Assembly (NCBI GenBank): GCA_965235115.1
Contig: OZ249436.1
Location: 17,362,001 to 17,426,000, forward strand
From: Laetmonice hystrix
Taxonomy: Eukaryota
DNA: 64,000 nucleotides
Direction: 5' to 3'
Positions 1 through 11,877 of this stretch are shown here, piece by piece. The notes under the pieces are model-generated. The model was not told the DNA's origin. It made no database searches and saw only the letters and a list, made by a program, of their open reading frames with translations. The first letter of the stretch is position 1. Each line of letters begins with the position of its first letter. Made by a program: the position numbers and the translations under genes.

Positions 1-378
1 CGCAAGGCCGTCGCAAACTCGTTGCGACCGTGGGAACGTGAAATCGCAAAGAATGAACATGTTCATTCTTTGCGACGACGGTTGCAGCTGAATCGCACCG
101 TTTTCCTGCTTACTACAAGTGTAGCCATCGCCGTCGCTCGTCGCAATGACGTGTCCACTGGATCAACCAACCAGAAGTCGCTATACTTGTCATGTGATTA
201 TTTGTACGCATATTGGTTGAAATGAGGCGGCAAATCAGGTGGGCTATCCCCTGTTCGATCGCCAAGTGTAGCAGCATTACCGATGCAACGAGCGAGAGAC
301 AAGCGACAGGCATCCCCCCGGTGGCGATGGGTTGTTGCAAGCAAATCGCTTGTTGCGTCGCCTAGTGTAGCACCAGCT
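1..378. mobile_element. PIF/Harbinger-type non-autonomous element, right part (left end outside window)
   Basis: Ends ...TAGTGTAGCACCAGCT followed by TTA (379-381), a Harbinger-like terminus with a TWA site. Contains a 32-bp palindrome at 44-75 and repeated TCGCAA/TTGCGA motifs. Confidence 0.6.
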
Positions 379-381
379 TTA

Positions 382-743
382 GCGATATCGACGGATAAAC
401 TGCTCCGAGTCGAAGTATGTGACGGGATCTATATATGTGAAAAGAACCGTCGTCTTCTCCCATGACGTTCCATGACAGTTTTCCCTCCCCAAAAAAGATT
501 TGAGACTTCCAGTGGATTTAACGAACACCTTTCTGCTGGTGTTCATAATTTGCGACAATGAAAAGGGAATAAAGACACCTTGAACGACATCGTCAGAACA
601 ACGAAAATTTTATGCAACAGATTCTAGAGGTTTTCGGGGTATCGTAACTTACGACACGTCCTAGAACAAGAACGACTTTTTATGCAACGGCTATTGTCGT
701 TGTTCATGGAAAATTTTATTTTCGTTGATTATGCAACAGGCCC
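382..743. mobile_element. Right part of a CWG-target MITE (NuwaI/Harbinger-like)
   Basis: Ends ...TTATGCAACAGGCCC then CTG (744-746), the same terminal style as the MITEs at 16209, 36952 and 51815. It truncates the LINE RT frame exactly here. Confidence 0.5.
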
Positions 744-747
744 CTGG

Positions 748-1560
748 CAGCTGGGGGTTGATTATGTTATCAACCCACTTCAGCACTAGTGATTCAAAAA
801 CCTTAGCAACGATTGGCGTCATAGATATTGGTCTTAGGCCTAAGTCTTTTTAAACTGCATTCAGGTGGGTGCTTCTTAGGAATCGGAATAATCGTTGCTG
901 ATTTCCATAACCTAGGTAGAATACCTTCCCAGGCTTAGAGAGCTGCTAAAGATTGCAGTAATTGGTGCAGCCAGCTGTTGGGAAAACTCCTTTAGAATCC
1001 ATGGTGGGGTATTATCAGGACCCATGGCTTTATTCACTTTTATCTTACTGAGAGCGGCCTGTACACTAATGGTGAATTCAGCTGGCACCTCAAATATGGG
1101 ATGAGTCGGTTGTAGTCTTGGTAGGTCATCACTGACCGACGCGAAAAATTCATAAATAGTGTTAGCCAGACAGACCATATCGCCATCGGTGTAGTTATTG
1201 GCCAAGCCCTTCATTACATTACTCCCATTTGTCGACATGGCCATGAGAAATTTCATGTGTTTCACGTGACGATGAATCCTCGGGAGATGCTATCTTCGAC
1301 TGATAGAAATCATGCCTAGTCTGGGTGCAGCCGCGGTTCACCATATTCCGCAATTTCCGGAACTGCCTTAGGTGACATGAGAGCCCGTTGTATTCGTCTC
1401 ACCAGGTTGCGGAAGTTATCCGTAATCCACGTGGGTTATCTGCAGTATGCAGATTTATACGGGAAGCATTCATTAATTAGTTGATCAATGGTTTCATGGA
1501 AAAACTGGAACTGCTCCTCACAGGTGTGCAAATATACTTCCACCTGGTGTGTGACAGCGA
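748..1560 (-). pseudogene. Decayed non-LTR retrotransposon ORF2 fragment (CR1/L2 group; pre-RT region and start of RT)
   Basis: Minus-strand translation gives PTWITDNFR, then KAMGPDNTPPWILKEFSQQLAAPITAIFSSSL, then after frameshifts IIPIPK and LRPISMTPIVAKVFESLVLKWV. These are canonical motifs at the start of LINE RT. Confidence 0.85.
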
Positions 1561-2588
1561 TGCCGCAAACATAGTGCGCTCCAGGTATCCACAAACTTCC
1601 AGAGTTAATAGGATCTTGTTGGTGTTTTCAAGCTCAGTTTTCAAGCTATCTTAATGGAGGGAAGGTTTAGCAGGCCAAAGAATACTGATGCCCAGATGCA
1701 TTACGTCATATGACGTAATTTGGGCATTTTATGACGTAATATGGACGTTTTCAGGTGAAATTTGAAAGGCTTTTCTCAATGTTCTGAGAAGATAGACAAA
1801 AAGCACTAATGACATTTGATTTGCATTAAGGCTCCTAAGACTTTTCTACATGAAGTTGACCTCTGACCCTTTCCCTTAGTCCAAATTAGGTCAAAGGTAG
1901 CAAAACGCTCAAAACCCTACTTCTCGCTCAATCTTTTCTGAAATCTCGCCAATTTAAGTGGTTCACAATGACAATCTCCTCAAAGGAAGTTATATGACGT
2001 TCCAATCTGACCTATTTTTACTGATTCGGGTGACCTTTAAGTTGTCAACCCTGACTATTAATCGTGGATAGAAATTAATATATGGCCTTTCAACTGCCAC
2101 CATTTTCATGGCATTGGCATGACCTTGAAAGGTCAAATCGATGACCTGCCAATATTCAGAGGTCTGTATCTTAGAAAACGTGCACGATAGACCCATAGTT
2201 AACTGTTAATCATGGATAGGAAGTCATATGGCCTTTCATTTGCCACCATTGTTATGTCCCGGCAGTGATCTCGAAAGGTCATGGTTCCATAGTTCTATGG
2301 TTCATACAATAAAGTTAATTGCTTATAAAACGACATATACTAGCCTATATGTAGGTGACCGATTTAACAGACGCTGTCTCAGGTTTGGAAATATGTGAGC
2401 CGCGGGGGTAGGCCGGCGCTTACTGGCTCACCCGCCGGGAGCGACCGGTGGGGGCCAGGGGCAGGGGAGCGAGGCGGCAGGCAGGCAGGACGCCAGAGTC
2501 CATGCAAGCAGGGATGATGCCGCCCTTGCAAAACGTCTCTAGACTAGAATGTAAAACACACATTCCGCCCAATAGCGCTCCAATATTA

Positions 2589-4526
2589 AGCCCGCCGTAC
2601 ACTGTCACGACTTTGCCCAACTCCCGACTCCCGACTCCCGACTGACCACCGTACACTCTCCCGATTATCTGCTCCCGACCCATGCAGTGTGGACGGCCAT
2701 AGATCGGCACCGTAGTTGGGAGGTCATCCAGTTCAACCCCCACTTGAACGCCCAGAAAGTGTTATTATAATATTTCTAGCCTAGGTGATAATAGTGTGAA
2801 GACTAACTGCTTGACCTGTTTAGCTTTCATTGTCACTTGTGACATCATAATAGTTTGCTACGTATTTTGATACATAATATTACAATATTTCACTGACAAA
2901 AAGGCTGTGGCGTCATAAAGAGGACGTGCGGCAGAGCCGTGAAGAGAAGGCTTAGATCTAACGTAGACTGCACTATTTTGCTGTCTAGCTCTCGTTTTAT
3001 CAACAGATGCATTAAAATACTACAGACACAGAAACATTAACGGTCAGTAGATATTCTCTGAAAATTATAGCATTATAATACCTGTGTAAACATCATTATA
3101 GGCCCCTGATCCTACACAGCTTCGATTGGAGCCTGGCTGTCTATTGTGATATTTAACGTCATTATCAAAGTTTTGGGAACTTTTAAATTTCCAAACAAAG
3201 CTCGCTGTATTCATAACTAAAAGGAGTCTCGCTAAAACAAAGACATCTATGGAAACCTTACGATGTGGGGAAAAATTCTAGGTACTTTTTTGTATAGGTC
3301 GTCGCGACAGATTTTGCATGGCAAGACCTGCAAGGTAGAGAAGTCACACGTTTTCAGTTTTTTTTATACGTTTTGGATGATTTTCGAATGGCCGTATTAA
3401 AAAGAATCCTTAAATCTATTTATTAAATTTTATACTGGACAAAAGCCACATATCTCTAGTTTCCTTTGCAATAATTTCCATCTGAATTGATTCATTGTTA
3501 TTACCACCGCGAGCGTGTTTTGAAGAACCCAAGGTTGGAAAAACTAAGCTTAGTCGGCCATAATCGGGAACCACGCTCGGCTCCCGATTCGTTTTTCGAA
3601 TCGGCTACAGCCCGCCGTACACTTTCCCGATTTTGCCCAACTCGAGTCGGTAACCATGGTTCCCGACTGCTCCCGACAGCTCCCGACTGCAGTTGGAGCA
3701 AATCGTAGCCGATTCGAAACCTATACAAAATAGTACCCAGAATTTTTCCCCACATCGTAAGGTTTCCATAGATGTCTTTCTTTTAGCGAGACTCCTTTTA
3801 GTTATGAATACAGCGAGCTTTGTTTGGAAATTTAAAAGTTCCCAAAACTTTGATAATGACGTTAAATATCACAATAGATAGCCAGGCGCCAATCGAAGCT
3901 GTGTAGGATCAGGGGCCTATAATGATGTTTACACAGATATTATAATGCTATAATTTTCAGAGAATATCTACTGACCTTTGAAGTTTCTGTGTCTGTAGTA
4001 TTTTAATGCATCTGTTGATAAAGCGAGAGCTAGACAGCAAAATAGTGCAGTCTACGTTAGATCTAAGCCTTCTCTTCACGGCTCTGCCGCACGTCCTCAT
4101 TATGACGCCACAGCCTTTTTGTCAGTGAAACATTGTAATATTATGTATCAAAATACGTAGTTAACTATTATGATGTCACAAGTGACAATGAAAGCTAAAC
4201 AGGTCGAGCAGTTAGTCTTCACACTATTATCACCTAGGCTAGAAAGATTATAATAACACTTTCTGGGCGTTCAAGTGGGGGTTGAACTGGATGACCTCCC
4301 AACTACGGTGCCGATCTATGGCCACCCACACTGCATGGGTCGGGAGCAGATAATCGGGAGAGTGTGGTGGTCAGTCGGGAGTCGGGAGTCGGGAGTTGGG
4401 CAAAGTCGTGACAGTGTACGGCGGGCTTACGATTTGCTCCAACTGCAGTCGGGAGCTGTCGGGAGCAGTCGGGAACCATGGTTACCGACTCGAGTTGGGC
4501 AAAATCGGGAAAGTGTACGGCGGGCT
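2589..4526. mobile_element. PIF/Harbinger-type non-autonomous element (outer copy, about 1.1 kb without the insert)
   Basis: TIR AGCCCGCCGTACACT...AGTGTACGGCGGGCT, TTA on both sides (2586-2588, 4527-4529), repeated subterminal CTCCCGA/TCGGGAG motifs. Confidence 0.9.
3609..4427. mobile_element. Inverted, internally deleted copy of the same element nested inside it
   Basis: Same TIRs with TAC duplicated (3606-3608, 4428-4430). The sequence is the reverse complement of the outer copy minus about 300 bp (roughly 3300-3595). Confidence 0.9.
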
Positions 4527-5895
4527 TTAGTTACGAGTTTTCCTATTAAACCGAGGCTGTCTCAGGCTTGAAAATATGGCAGCTGCCGCACTGAGCAGCA
4601 GACTGCGTAAGGTCAGACTTGCAGGCTCAGCCCGGCCGGCGGGAGTGACCGATCCCGAGGTGGCGGCCGGGGCTGCAGGCGGGGCATTCGGGACTCCCTC
4701 GGGCATATGACGTCACTTCCTGCTATTCGAATATACCCTCGGGTGGAATAGCGGCCATGTTTGGCAACCAGATACACGGCCAAATGGAGGTGTGTAGCGA
4801 GGCACTGAGTGAACCGTCATATCCCATCGAGCCAGGAAGTAGTGCATTATTGACACCTGCTCCTTCGGCGTTGTATGTGCAAATATAAATTTCTGGTATG
4901 AAGGGGAACGTTTGAAGAAGAAAAATGAATCACCCAATTTACCTAAATGGGCGTCAATACGGTAATTTATCAAATTCTGGGAAGCAATATGGCTGCGCCC
5001 ATGTACGACACTGGCCCGACACATGGTAGGACTACTTATAGATCTAATCATGTTGTAATTTAAGTTGTATCATGACATGATACTATTGTAATATTGCCCA
5101 CTGACTTCGGGGAAAGCATTGTAGGCCTATTTTAGTTGCTTCCATGCCTGATGCAGACAAAATACTGCAAGCACTGCCATGCTGGCGAGAGTCCCGGCTA
5201 AATGTACCCGCGCTGCAATGCTCAAAATGGCACCTATTTCACCCGAGGCTACTTTCGAAGATATGGCCGAGGATTCCCGAATGCAGGCGGGGTAGGCCTA
5301 CCGAAGTCTGTGCATGCATGATGCCGCCGTTGGAGGCTTGTATAAAACGTCTCGAGAACGCTAGAACCAGCCGTTGATCAGCATGAGCAGACTTCCGTTA
5401 AATTTAACCAATCGGCTGCAAGACGACCGGATGCAGAATTCCTGTAGCCTACTTTTTGAAGGCCGCTTATGTCTCGGAACAGTCTCACAACTGGGAGATA
5501 CAAAAGCTACCAGACCCTCTGCTAGGGCCGCTGAGGGTCTGGATGATCGAGACTGGATAAAACTGGGCGGAACAAGGCGGAAATACACGCCACCTGGTGG
5601 ATTAGATTAAAACCAATAATTTGCTACATGGAAGGAACCTTTTTTATATTCATTGTGCTCAAATGCCACACTATTCTGCATACCGGTCTTTTCAATTTGA
5701 TGCCACTAATTAGTTTTGAACAGAAGAATGAAAGCTCCTGCTCCAGAGTGTGCGTGGCCCGTTGCCAGTCTAACAAATCGAGAAAAGGAAAGCTAAAGTA
5801 GACAGAAATATTCGGGATGTGTTAAGTGAGGTGACAGGGTCATTGTTAGGGAAGCAATTCGATGTTCCGTGGGGCACTTAACATTAAGAACATAT

Positions 5896-6149
5896 CAGGG
5901 GCGGATCCAGGATTTTTTTTTTGCAGGGGGCGGGGGGGGGGGGGGGTCAGAAGGCGCCTGCGCCAAGGGGGAAGCTTTTGAAGCTTATATCATGAATATG
6001 TTATCCACAATAAAAAATTAGGTTGTTTTATTTCTTGGTGTTTCACGCCTGTTTACCTTTAAAACTTTAAAGGGCACTTCCTTGTCAAAATGGGTACTTT
6101 CTCAGAAAGACCATAGTGGCAACTCCCCCTCCCCCTTACTACAGCCCTG
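5896..6149. mobile_element. Degenerate CAGGGGCGGATCCAG-type MITE
   Basis: Starts CAGGGGCGGATCCAGG plus a G run, like the element at 57414. Ends ...TACTACAGCCCTG. The TIR match is weak. Confidence 0.4.
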
Positions 6150-7461
6150 GGTGACCGAAAGAGTATCTTCGTGTCGACCGGCCTCCTGTCAGAGGAAATA
6201 TATGATCAGAGTGAGTTTGTAAGCGGATCGAAGCGCACCCTGGCGGCAAACACCCCCGTCATCAGCCCCCTGAGACCGGACGCCAATGGAAGGTTGGTTT
6301 GTTCGCTGGTTTCACGTTTCTGGTTTGCACGTGAGAGTAAATGGCGCCAAAGAGGTTTGGACATTGTTACCCCAAGCTTCCTTAAGATATTGAATATTTC
6401 TGATGATTTCTTCACTCCATTTGTATTGATAATAGACCTATAAATGACCACGGTGTATCACCAGTTTGGGTGAGAGAGATAGAGAGAGTCTTCCCTTGTC
6501 CCGTCCCTTGACACGGACCGTATAGACAACGTGGGGTCTATGCGGGTGGGAGGTCGACGGTGGTGTATTAACGTCAAGGTGTTGTCTCCTCGGCAGGTGT
6601 CTTTAAAATCTATATGTACAGAAAGGTTATCATATGATACAGTAAGGAGTGGGAATCTAGCCTTCAATTAGTGTCATCCATGTGCCTAACGGAAGTTTTA
6701 GCGGTTCTAACCTAGACCGGTAGGTCAACATGGGGTCGAGTGGGAGTGATAAAGCACTTGAGAGAGAAAGGACGCAGAAAGCAAATATAGGAACAAGAAC
6801 TACTCGGAACACTTCAGTTACGTGACAGACAAAATGTTCTGACGGACCAAGGAGGAGACCAACGTTCAGTGATTATGTCTCAATATTACTCCAGGTGGCA
6901 CCACCAGCAATTGAAGTGAAGGTTGACAGTTCTTTATTCTGGACAGCAGCCCGGCCACATGGCCCTTCATCCGCGCTTCCAGCACAAAAGGTTTTCTTAA
7001 TTCTATAAGAAATGACAACATGATGATGATGACGAGATGAATGAAATTCGAGCAGTAGTCATTTTGAAGGGTTTACATGTTGTACTCTTTGAAAGGAGAG
7101 GCCTACCTTCTACTTCAATCAATCAATCAACAATTAATTCAATTCATTATTTATTCTTAGGTTGTAGATGTAGCTTTATGTAATGTGACCTTGAACATGC
7201 CTTCCGAAGTCTCCCGACAGGGAACAGAGACAAGCGTTTCATAACTTCGAATTCATACTTGATTCATAAATTAAGATATTCAGAAAACAGAACTTAACTT
7301 TCTTTTGGAGTGTCACAGGCTGTGATGTGTATAGTAAGTTTGATAACAAACAATAGTTGTGGAGTTATCACGTGTTGAAGTTGAGAGAACATTTTTTCGA
7401 TGGGCCAACCAATGCTAAGTGACCGGAACCGGAATTTGACTGTCGCAAGTTTGGGCCACAC

Positions 7462-7923
7462 TAGCCTGGTCCCCGGTGCCTTACCATACGCATCCGCTTG
7501 ATGTTAGGCCCGGTGATGGCTAACAGAAAGCTGTAAAACGGAAGTGGTGATCTCCAAGCACTTCCGCCTCGGAGCTAATCACTTCCGCCTCCGGTCCGTT
7601 GGTCAGCGTTAACAGAGTGATTGACTTCTGCTTGGAGCGTGGCCGGGAGTGGCCAACAATAGCAACATGCCCCTGCGTATGCAGACCGTAGTAGCAGGTG
7701 TGGGGACTGCTGACGCTATGTTTACATCCAGAAAAGCGAGGATATTTAACACTTGTATTTTAAAGGGATTGACGAAAATATTTGTGTCTTGTTGGAGAAA
7801 TACGGAGGGTACGGAACTATACCTCGTTTGCGTCCATGTTTTCGATGGGCCAATCACAACGCTTGCTTCGATTGGCCATCACCGGGCTCTATATACGTAG
7901 TGTTTAGACCCGGGTCCAGGCTA
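7462..7923. mobile_element. Non-autonomous DNA transposon with TAG termini and 9-bp TSD (AcademH-like)
   Basis: TIR TAGCCTGGTCCCCGG / TAGCCTGGACCCGGG; exact TSD GGGCCACAC at 7453-7461 and 7924-7932. Confidence 0.8.
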
Positions 7924-8597
7924 GGGCCACACTTCCACCAGAGGTCGCTTTTGCTGGAACCAACCTCTTCTGGTTAATAACTCAAACTCAATGACTTCCC
8001 ACAATCGGCAGGGTCGTAGTCACTTCAGAGATCGCCGTTCACTTCATTCAATCTCTGCCACACCCTGGGTACTGCTGGACAGCAGCCCGGCCACATGGCC
8101 CTTCATCCGCGCTTCCAGCACAAAAGGTTTTCTTAATTCTATAAGAAATGACAACATGATGATGATGACGAGATGAATGAAATTCGAGCAGTAGTCATTT
8201 TGAAGGGTTTACATGTTGTACTCTTTGAAAGGAGAGGCCTACCTTCTACTTCAATCAATCAATCAACAATTAATTCAATTCATTATTTATTCTTAGGTTG
8301 TAGATGTAGCTTTATGTAATGTGACCTTGAACATGCCTTCCGAAGTCTCCCGACAGGGAACAGAGACAAGCGTTTCATAACTTCGAATTCATACTTGATT
8401 CATAAATTAAGATATTCAGAAAACAGAACTTAACTTTCTTTTGGAGTGTCACAGGCTGTGATGTGTATAGTAAGTTTGATAACAAACAATAGTTGTGGAG
8501 TTATCACGTGTTGAAGTTGAGAGAACATTTTTTCGATGGGCCAACCAATGCTAAGTGACCGGAACCGGAATTTGACTGTCGCAAGTTTGGGCCACAC

Positions 8598-9059
8598 TAG
8601 CCTGGTCCCCGGTGCCTTACCATACGCATCCGCTTGATGTTAGGCCCGGTGATGGCTAACAGAAAGCTGTAAAACGGAAGTGGTGATCTCCAAGCACTTC
8701 CGCCTCGGAGCTAATCACTTCCGCCTCCGGTCCGTTGGTCAGCGTTAACAGAGTGATTGACTTCTGCTTGGAGCGTGGCCGGGAGTGGCCAACAATAGCA
8801 ACATGCCCCTGCGTATGCAGACCGTAGTAGCAGGTGTGGGGACTGCTGACGCTATGTTTACATCCAGAAAAGCGAGGATATTTAACACTTGTATTTTAAA
8901 GGGATTGACGAAAATATTTGTGTCTTGTTGGAGAAATACGGAGGGTACGGAACTATACCTCGTTTGCGTCCATGTTTTCGATGGGCCAATCACAACGCTT
9001 GCTTCGATTGGCCATCACCGGGCTCTATATACGTAGTGTTTAGACCCGGGTCCAGGCTA
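8598..9059. mobile_element. Duplicate of the AcademH-like element
   Basis: Identical copy with the same TSD, so it was copied by the tandem duplication rather than inserted independently. Confidence 0.8.
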
Positions 9060-10054
9060 GGGCCACACTTCCACCAGAGGTCGCTTTTGCTGGAACCAAC
9101 CTCTTCTGGTTAATAACTCAAACTCAATGACTTCCCACAATCGGCAGGGTCGTAGTCACTTCAGAGATCGCCGTTCACTTCATTCAATCTCTGCCACACC
9201 CTGGGTACTGCTGTTTGAGTGACCCCTGACCTGACCTAGAAATCCCCGACTGGAACAGCCGAACATTGCCGAGCTCGAATCTTGTATGTCACTTGGTATT
9301 ATCTCGGTGTTGGGATTTAGTGGTACGTTAAATTTTACAGATACCATACAGGACGGCCGACTTTGCCCGTAAAAAGTCAGGTGTGGCAGAGGGGTATAGT
9401 GGAGCGAGCCCCTCTGCATTATGGGAGATTGGGTCGTAGTCTCCAGAGTACGGGCATGCGCAGTTTGAGTCTGGGCCTCCAAACCGCATTTCTCGTCGAA
9501 TCGCGCATTGTAACGTAACATACTTACAAACAAAAACACCGTCTTTGTCGTTGCATTGGTACTTTGGATATATGGATCATTTAAAAAAAGGGGACAATTG
9601 CCTCTCCAAGCTTTTGTGTGGAAACCCTTGTACTTAGAATGTTATGCAATTAGCCGTTATGTAGGTCTAGCTGAGCTCGCCATCTGCAATAAAAATCATT
9701 CAAATAGAATCTGTATTCTTTCCGTGAATAAAAGGTAGTTTACGACATGCACATGTTCTATCAGTTTTCCTTTAGAAAAGGTGCTTAAACGTCAACTACT
9801 CTGCAAACCCCCGTATTTCCTTCCCAAATGGTGGTAGTTTACGAATGCCACCTTATTAACATGTAACAAGGTTGTTTGTGCAGAAGGTTTGGGTAGAGCT
9901 GAAAGCAGTTAAAGCTGCTGAAAGCATTGGAAACTTTTTGTACAATTTACGCAGAGCATTTTTCCACGAAGGAGTTCAACGGGTTGAAGACACACTGCCG
10001 CCTATATGGTACAGTTTACGACATGCATTTTTTGTAGTTTACGGAAAGTCCTGT

Positions 10055-10506
10055 AGGTCATGACCCCCTATTTAGCCAATGGGCTGCTGGTTGTCCCTCA
10101 AAATGCTATGGAGTGAATGTATCTAGGGCCAAGAATGGATATAACCCCCCTGAATGTGCTCATCAAATACCACAGAGAAAAAGTTCACTATATATGATCA
10201 ATAATATCAGTGTATTATTAGAGAATATCTGCTTAACTTTCCTTGGAAAATCTTAGCCAATATGTTATGTATCACAGGCCTGTATTCTGGTCGATTTGGT
10301 GGTGCCACCTGGGGTCATGTAACAGAAGCTCCGATAAAATAAAATCTAATCATTCAACCTATACGTAAATTGAGTTTTTATTGTCGGAAACATGCATATC
10401 TAACCTGCCATGCCAAGCAGACATTCGCAGAAATTATTTTAAACATTGAAAATGGCCAAAACATTACATTAAATTATAGAAGAAAATAAATAGTGGATCA
10501 TAACCT
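10055..10506. repeat. Left long direct repeat (LDR), 452 bp
   Basis: Starts AGGTCATGACCCCCTATTT and ends AAATAGTGGATCATAACCT (16/19 inverted match). Identical by eye to 12606-13057. Confidence 0.95.
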
Positions 10507-10603
10507 GTAGGGGCCTGATGGGAAACTCACTATACAAAGGAATTTTACTTCTGGTTGCCAAAGTCAACATTCAGAGAGTGTCACCCATACCCACCAAAGC
10601 ATC

Positions 10604-11110
10604 ATGGAGCCGCGGCAGGCTGTCACAGAAGTACAGGGCAGGTTACTGAGTAAAAGTAGACTCGTTTGTGGAGGGTGCCTCCTGTGGACAGAGGCCAGGT
10701 GGGGAGATTCACATTATGGGGTTCTAAGTCTTCGTTTGCCAGGTTCCTCTAAAAAGATTTATTTTCGTGTCCATAGATTAGCCTATCAATTACACTACCT
10801 TATTCAACAACCAAATATTAACCACATTTCGGTTCAGATTTTAATGCCCCCCAACATCAATCTTCAGGGAGATAGGGTTGAAATTAGCCATTTGTGCCAC
10901 CAAACCCTGTGTGTGAATCCCTCCCACCTGACCCTTGAGCCACGTCCAGTGAATGCTGCAAGACGTGTTTGTAATGCACAGCAAGTTTGCACCCGGGAAC
11001 ACACCCCTAGGGCCCCCCCTAACTGTTTTTTTCCTGGTAGGTGTAGCTTTAGTTTAGGTCTAACCCCGAGCTCTCTCACCGCCATAATTTATGTTCACAT
11101 TTTTGTGTAG
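10604..11110 (+). CDS. His-Me finger (His-Cys box, I-PpoI-like) homing-endonuclease-type protein, 168 aa
   Basis: Motifs CLLWT, HYG, VHRLAY and EISHLCHQTLCVNPSHLTLEPRPVNAARRVC....C...H......C match the zinc-binding loop of His-Cys box nucleases. The ORF is uninterrupted. Confidence 0.9.
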   Translation: MEPRQAVTEVQGRLLSKSRLVCGGCLLWTEARWGDSHYGVLSLRLPGSSKKIYFRVHRLAYQLHYLIQQPNINHISVQILMPPNINLQGDRVEISHLCHQTLCVNPSHLTLEPRPVNAARRVCNAQQVCTREHTPRAPPNCFFPGRCSFSLGLTPSSLTAIIYVHIFV

Positions 11111-11877
11111 ATATGGTCACTGTGCTGAGTCTGTTTCAAGGCAAGATTTTTCTGGTAATAAGTTTTAGAATCCTGTGGTTCGCAGGTGTCCTTAAGCTTA
11201 AAAAGTGTCCTTCTTTTGTTGATTCGTGCATTCTTTTTCTTTGTTGACCCCCTGGCAAGTTTTCTGGCCATGTCCTGCTGCTGACGTCGCAGCAGGCCAC
11301 GTGTCACCCGTGTACCAGGAGTGACTGGGGCTCCCACAAACTCCGTTTGACTCAGGATTGAATCACCAATCCCTCGATTCACAGCATTCACAGCACAGTG
11401 CACTCTGGCAGCAAAGTTCCTTGAAAATGTTTTGTTCTTGGGTGTTGTACTGCTTATGGCCCTGTTGACAGCTTCACATTTTTGGGTGGTTAACAGGTGT
11501 TTGGTCTTTTCCAGGACTTTCTGGCCCAGCCTGTATTCAATCAGTCTGACCAGTTTCTCCTTGTCACCATCCGTGCATGTAAGGCCAAAGCCCTCAGGCA
11601 GGAATGCACTGTGTGACAGCCAGTTTTTCTTCTTTTTTGCTTTGCAAGGCCTTGCCTTGCACAGCCGGCCCTCACTGTCGGTGATGGTGGCTGCAGCCTG
11701 ATCTCCTCTTCCACTGTGTGTAGGTGAGCGGAGTAATTCGAATTCTTCTTTGGTGGGTCTTACATAGACACCTACGTCTGGTTCAGGCCTACCGGTCTGC
11801 TTTCTCAACTTGTAGGCGCAGTTACCAGGTTGAAAGCCATGTCTCCAGCTGTGCTTCTTTCTGCTACGTGATGTCAT
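11095..11877 (-). CDS. Kolobok-type DDD/E transposase, in-frame internal deletion derivative, 260 aa
   Basis: C-terminal TTQKCEAVNRAISSTTPKNKTFSRNFAARVHCAVNAVNRG resembles the TQNxNES..N..I....PK catalytic-Glu motif, followed by a basic tail. The protein is too short for a full transposase and no catalytic Asp region is recognisable. Confidence 0.8.
   Translation of the reverse strand: MTSRSRKKHSWRHGFQPGNCAYKLRKQTGRPEPDVGVYVRPTKEEFELLRSPTHSGRGDQAAATITDSEGRLCKARPCKAKKKKNWLSHSAFLPEGFGLTCTDGDKEKLVRLIEYRLGQKVLEKTKHLLTTQKCEAVNRAISSTTPKNKTFSRNFAARVHCAVNAVNRGIGDSILSQTEFVGAPVTPGTRVTRGLLRRQQQDMARKLARGSTKKKNARINKRRTLFKLKDTCEPQDSKTYYQKNLALKQTQHSDHIYTKM

Larger units (their letters stand above)
6939..9213. 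repeat. Perfect tandem duplication, 2 x 1136 bp
   Basis: 6939-8074 is repeated at 8075-9210 (the ORF track shows identical ORFs offset by 1136). CTG microhomology at 6939, 8075 and 9211. Confidence 0.95.

Noticed and set aside
1610..5600. Older host repeat with diverged direct repeats (GCTGTCTCAGG.TTG.AAATATG at about 2373 and 4556; related stretch near 5245-5365)
   Set aside because: The similarity is visible, but no termini or TSD could be defined, so it was not called as an element.
6300..7010. Possible minus-strand terminal exons (VYYQYKWSEEIIRN..., IKKTFCAGSADEG...)
   Set aside because: The acceptors are plausible, but no consistent upstream exon chain or recognisable protein was found; RNA-seq is needed.
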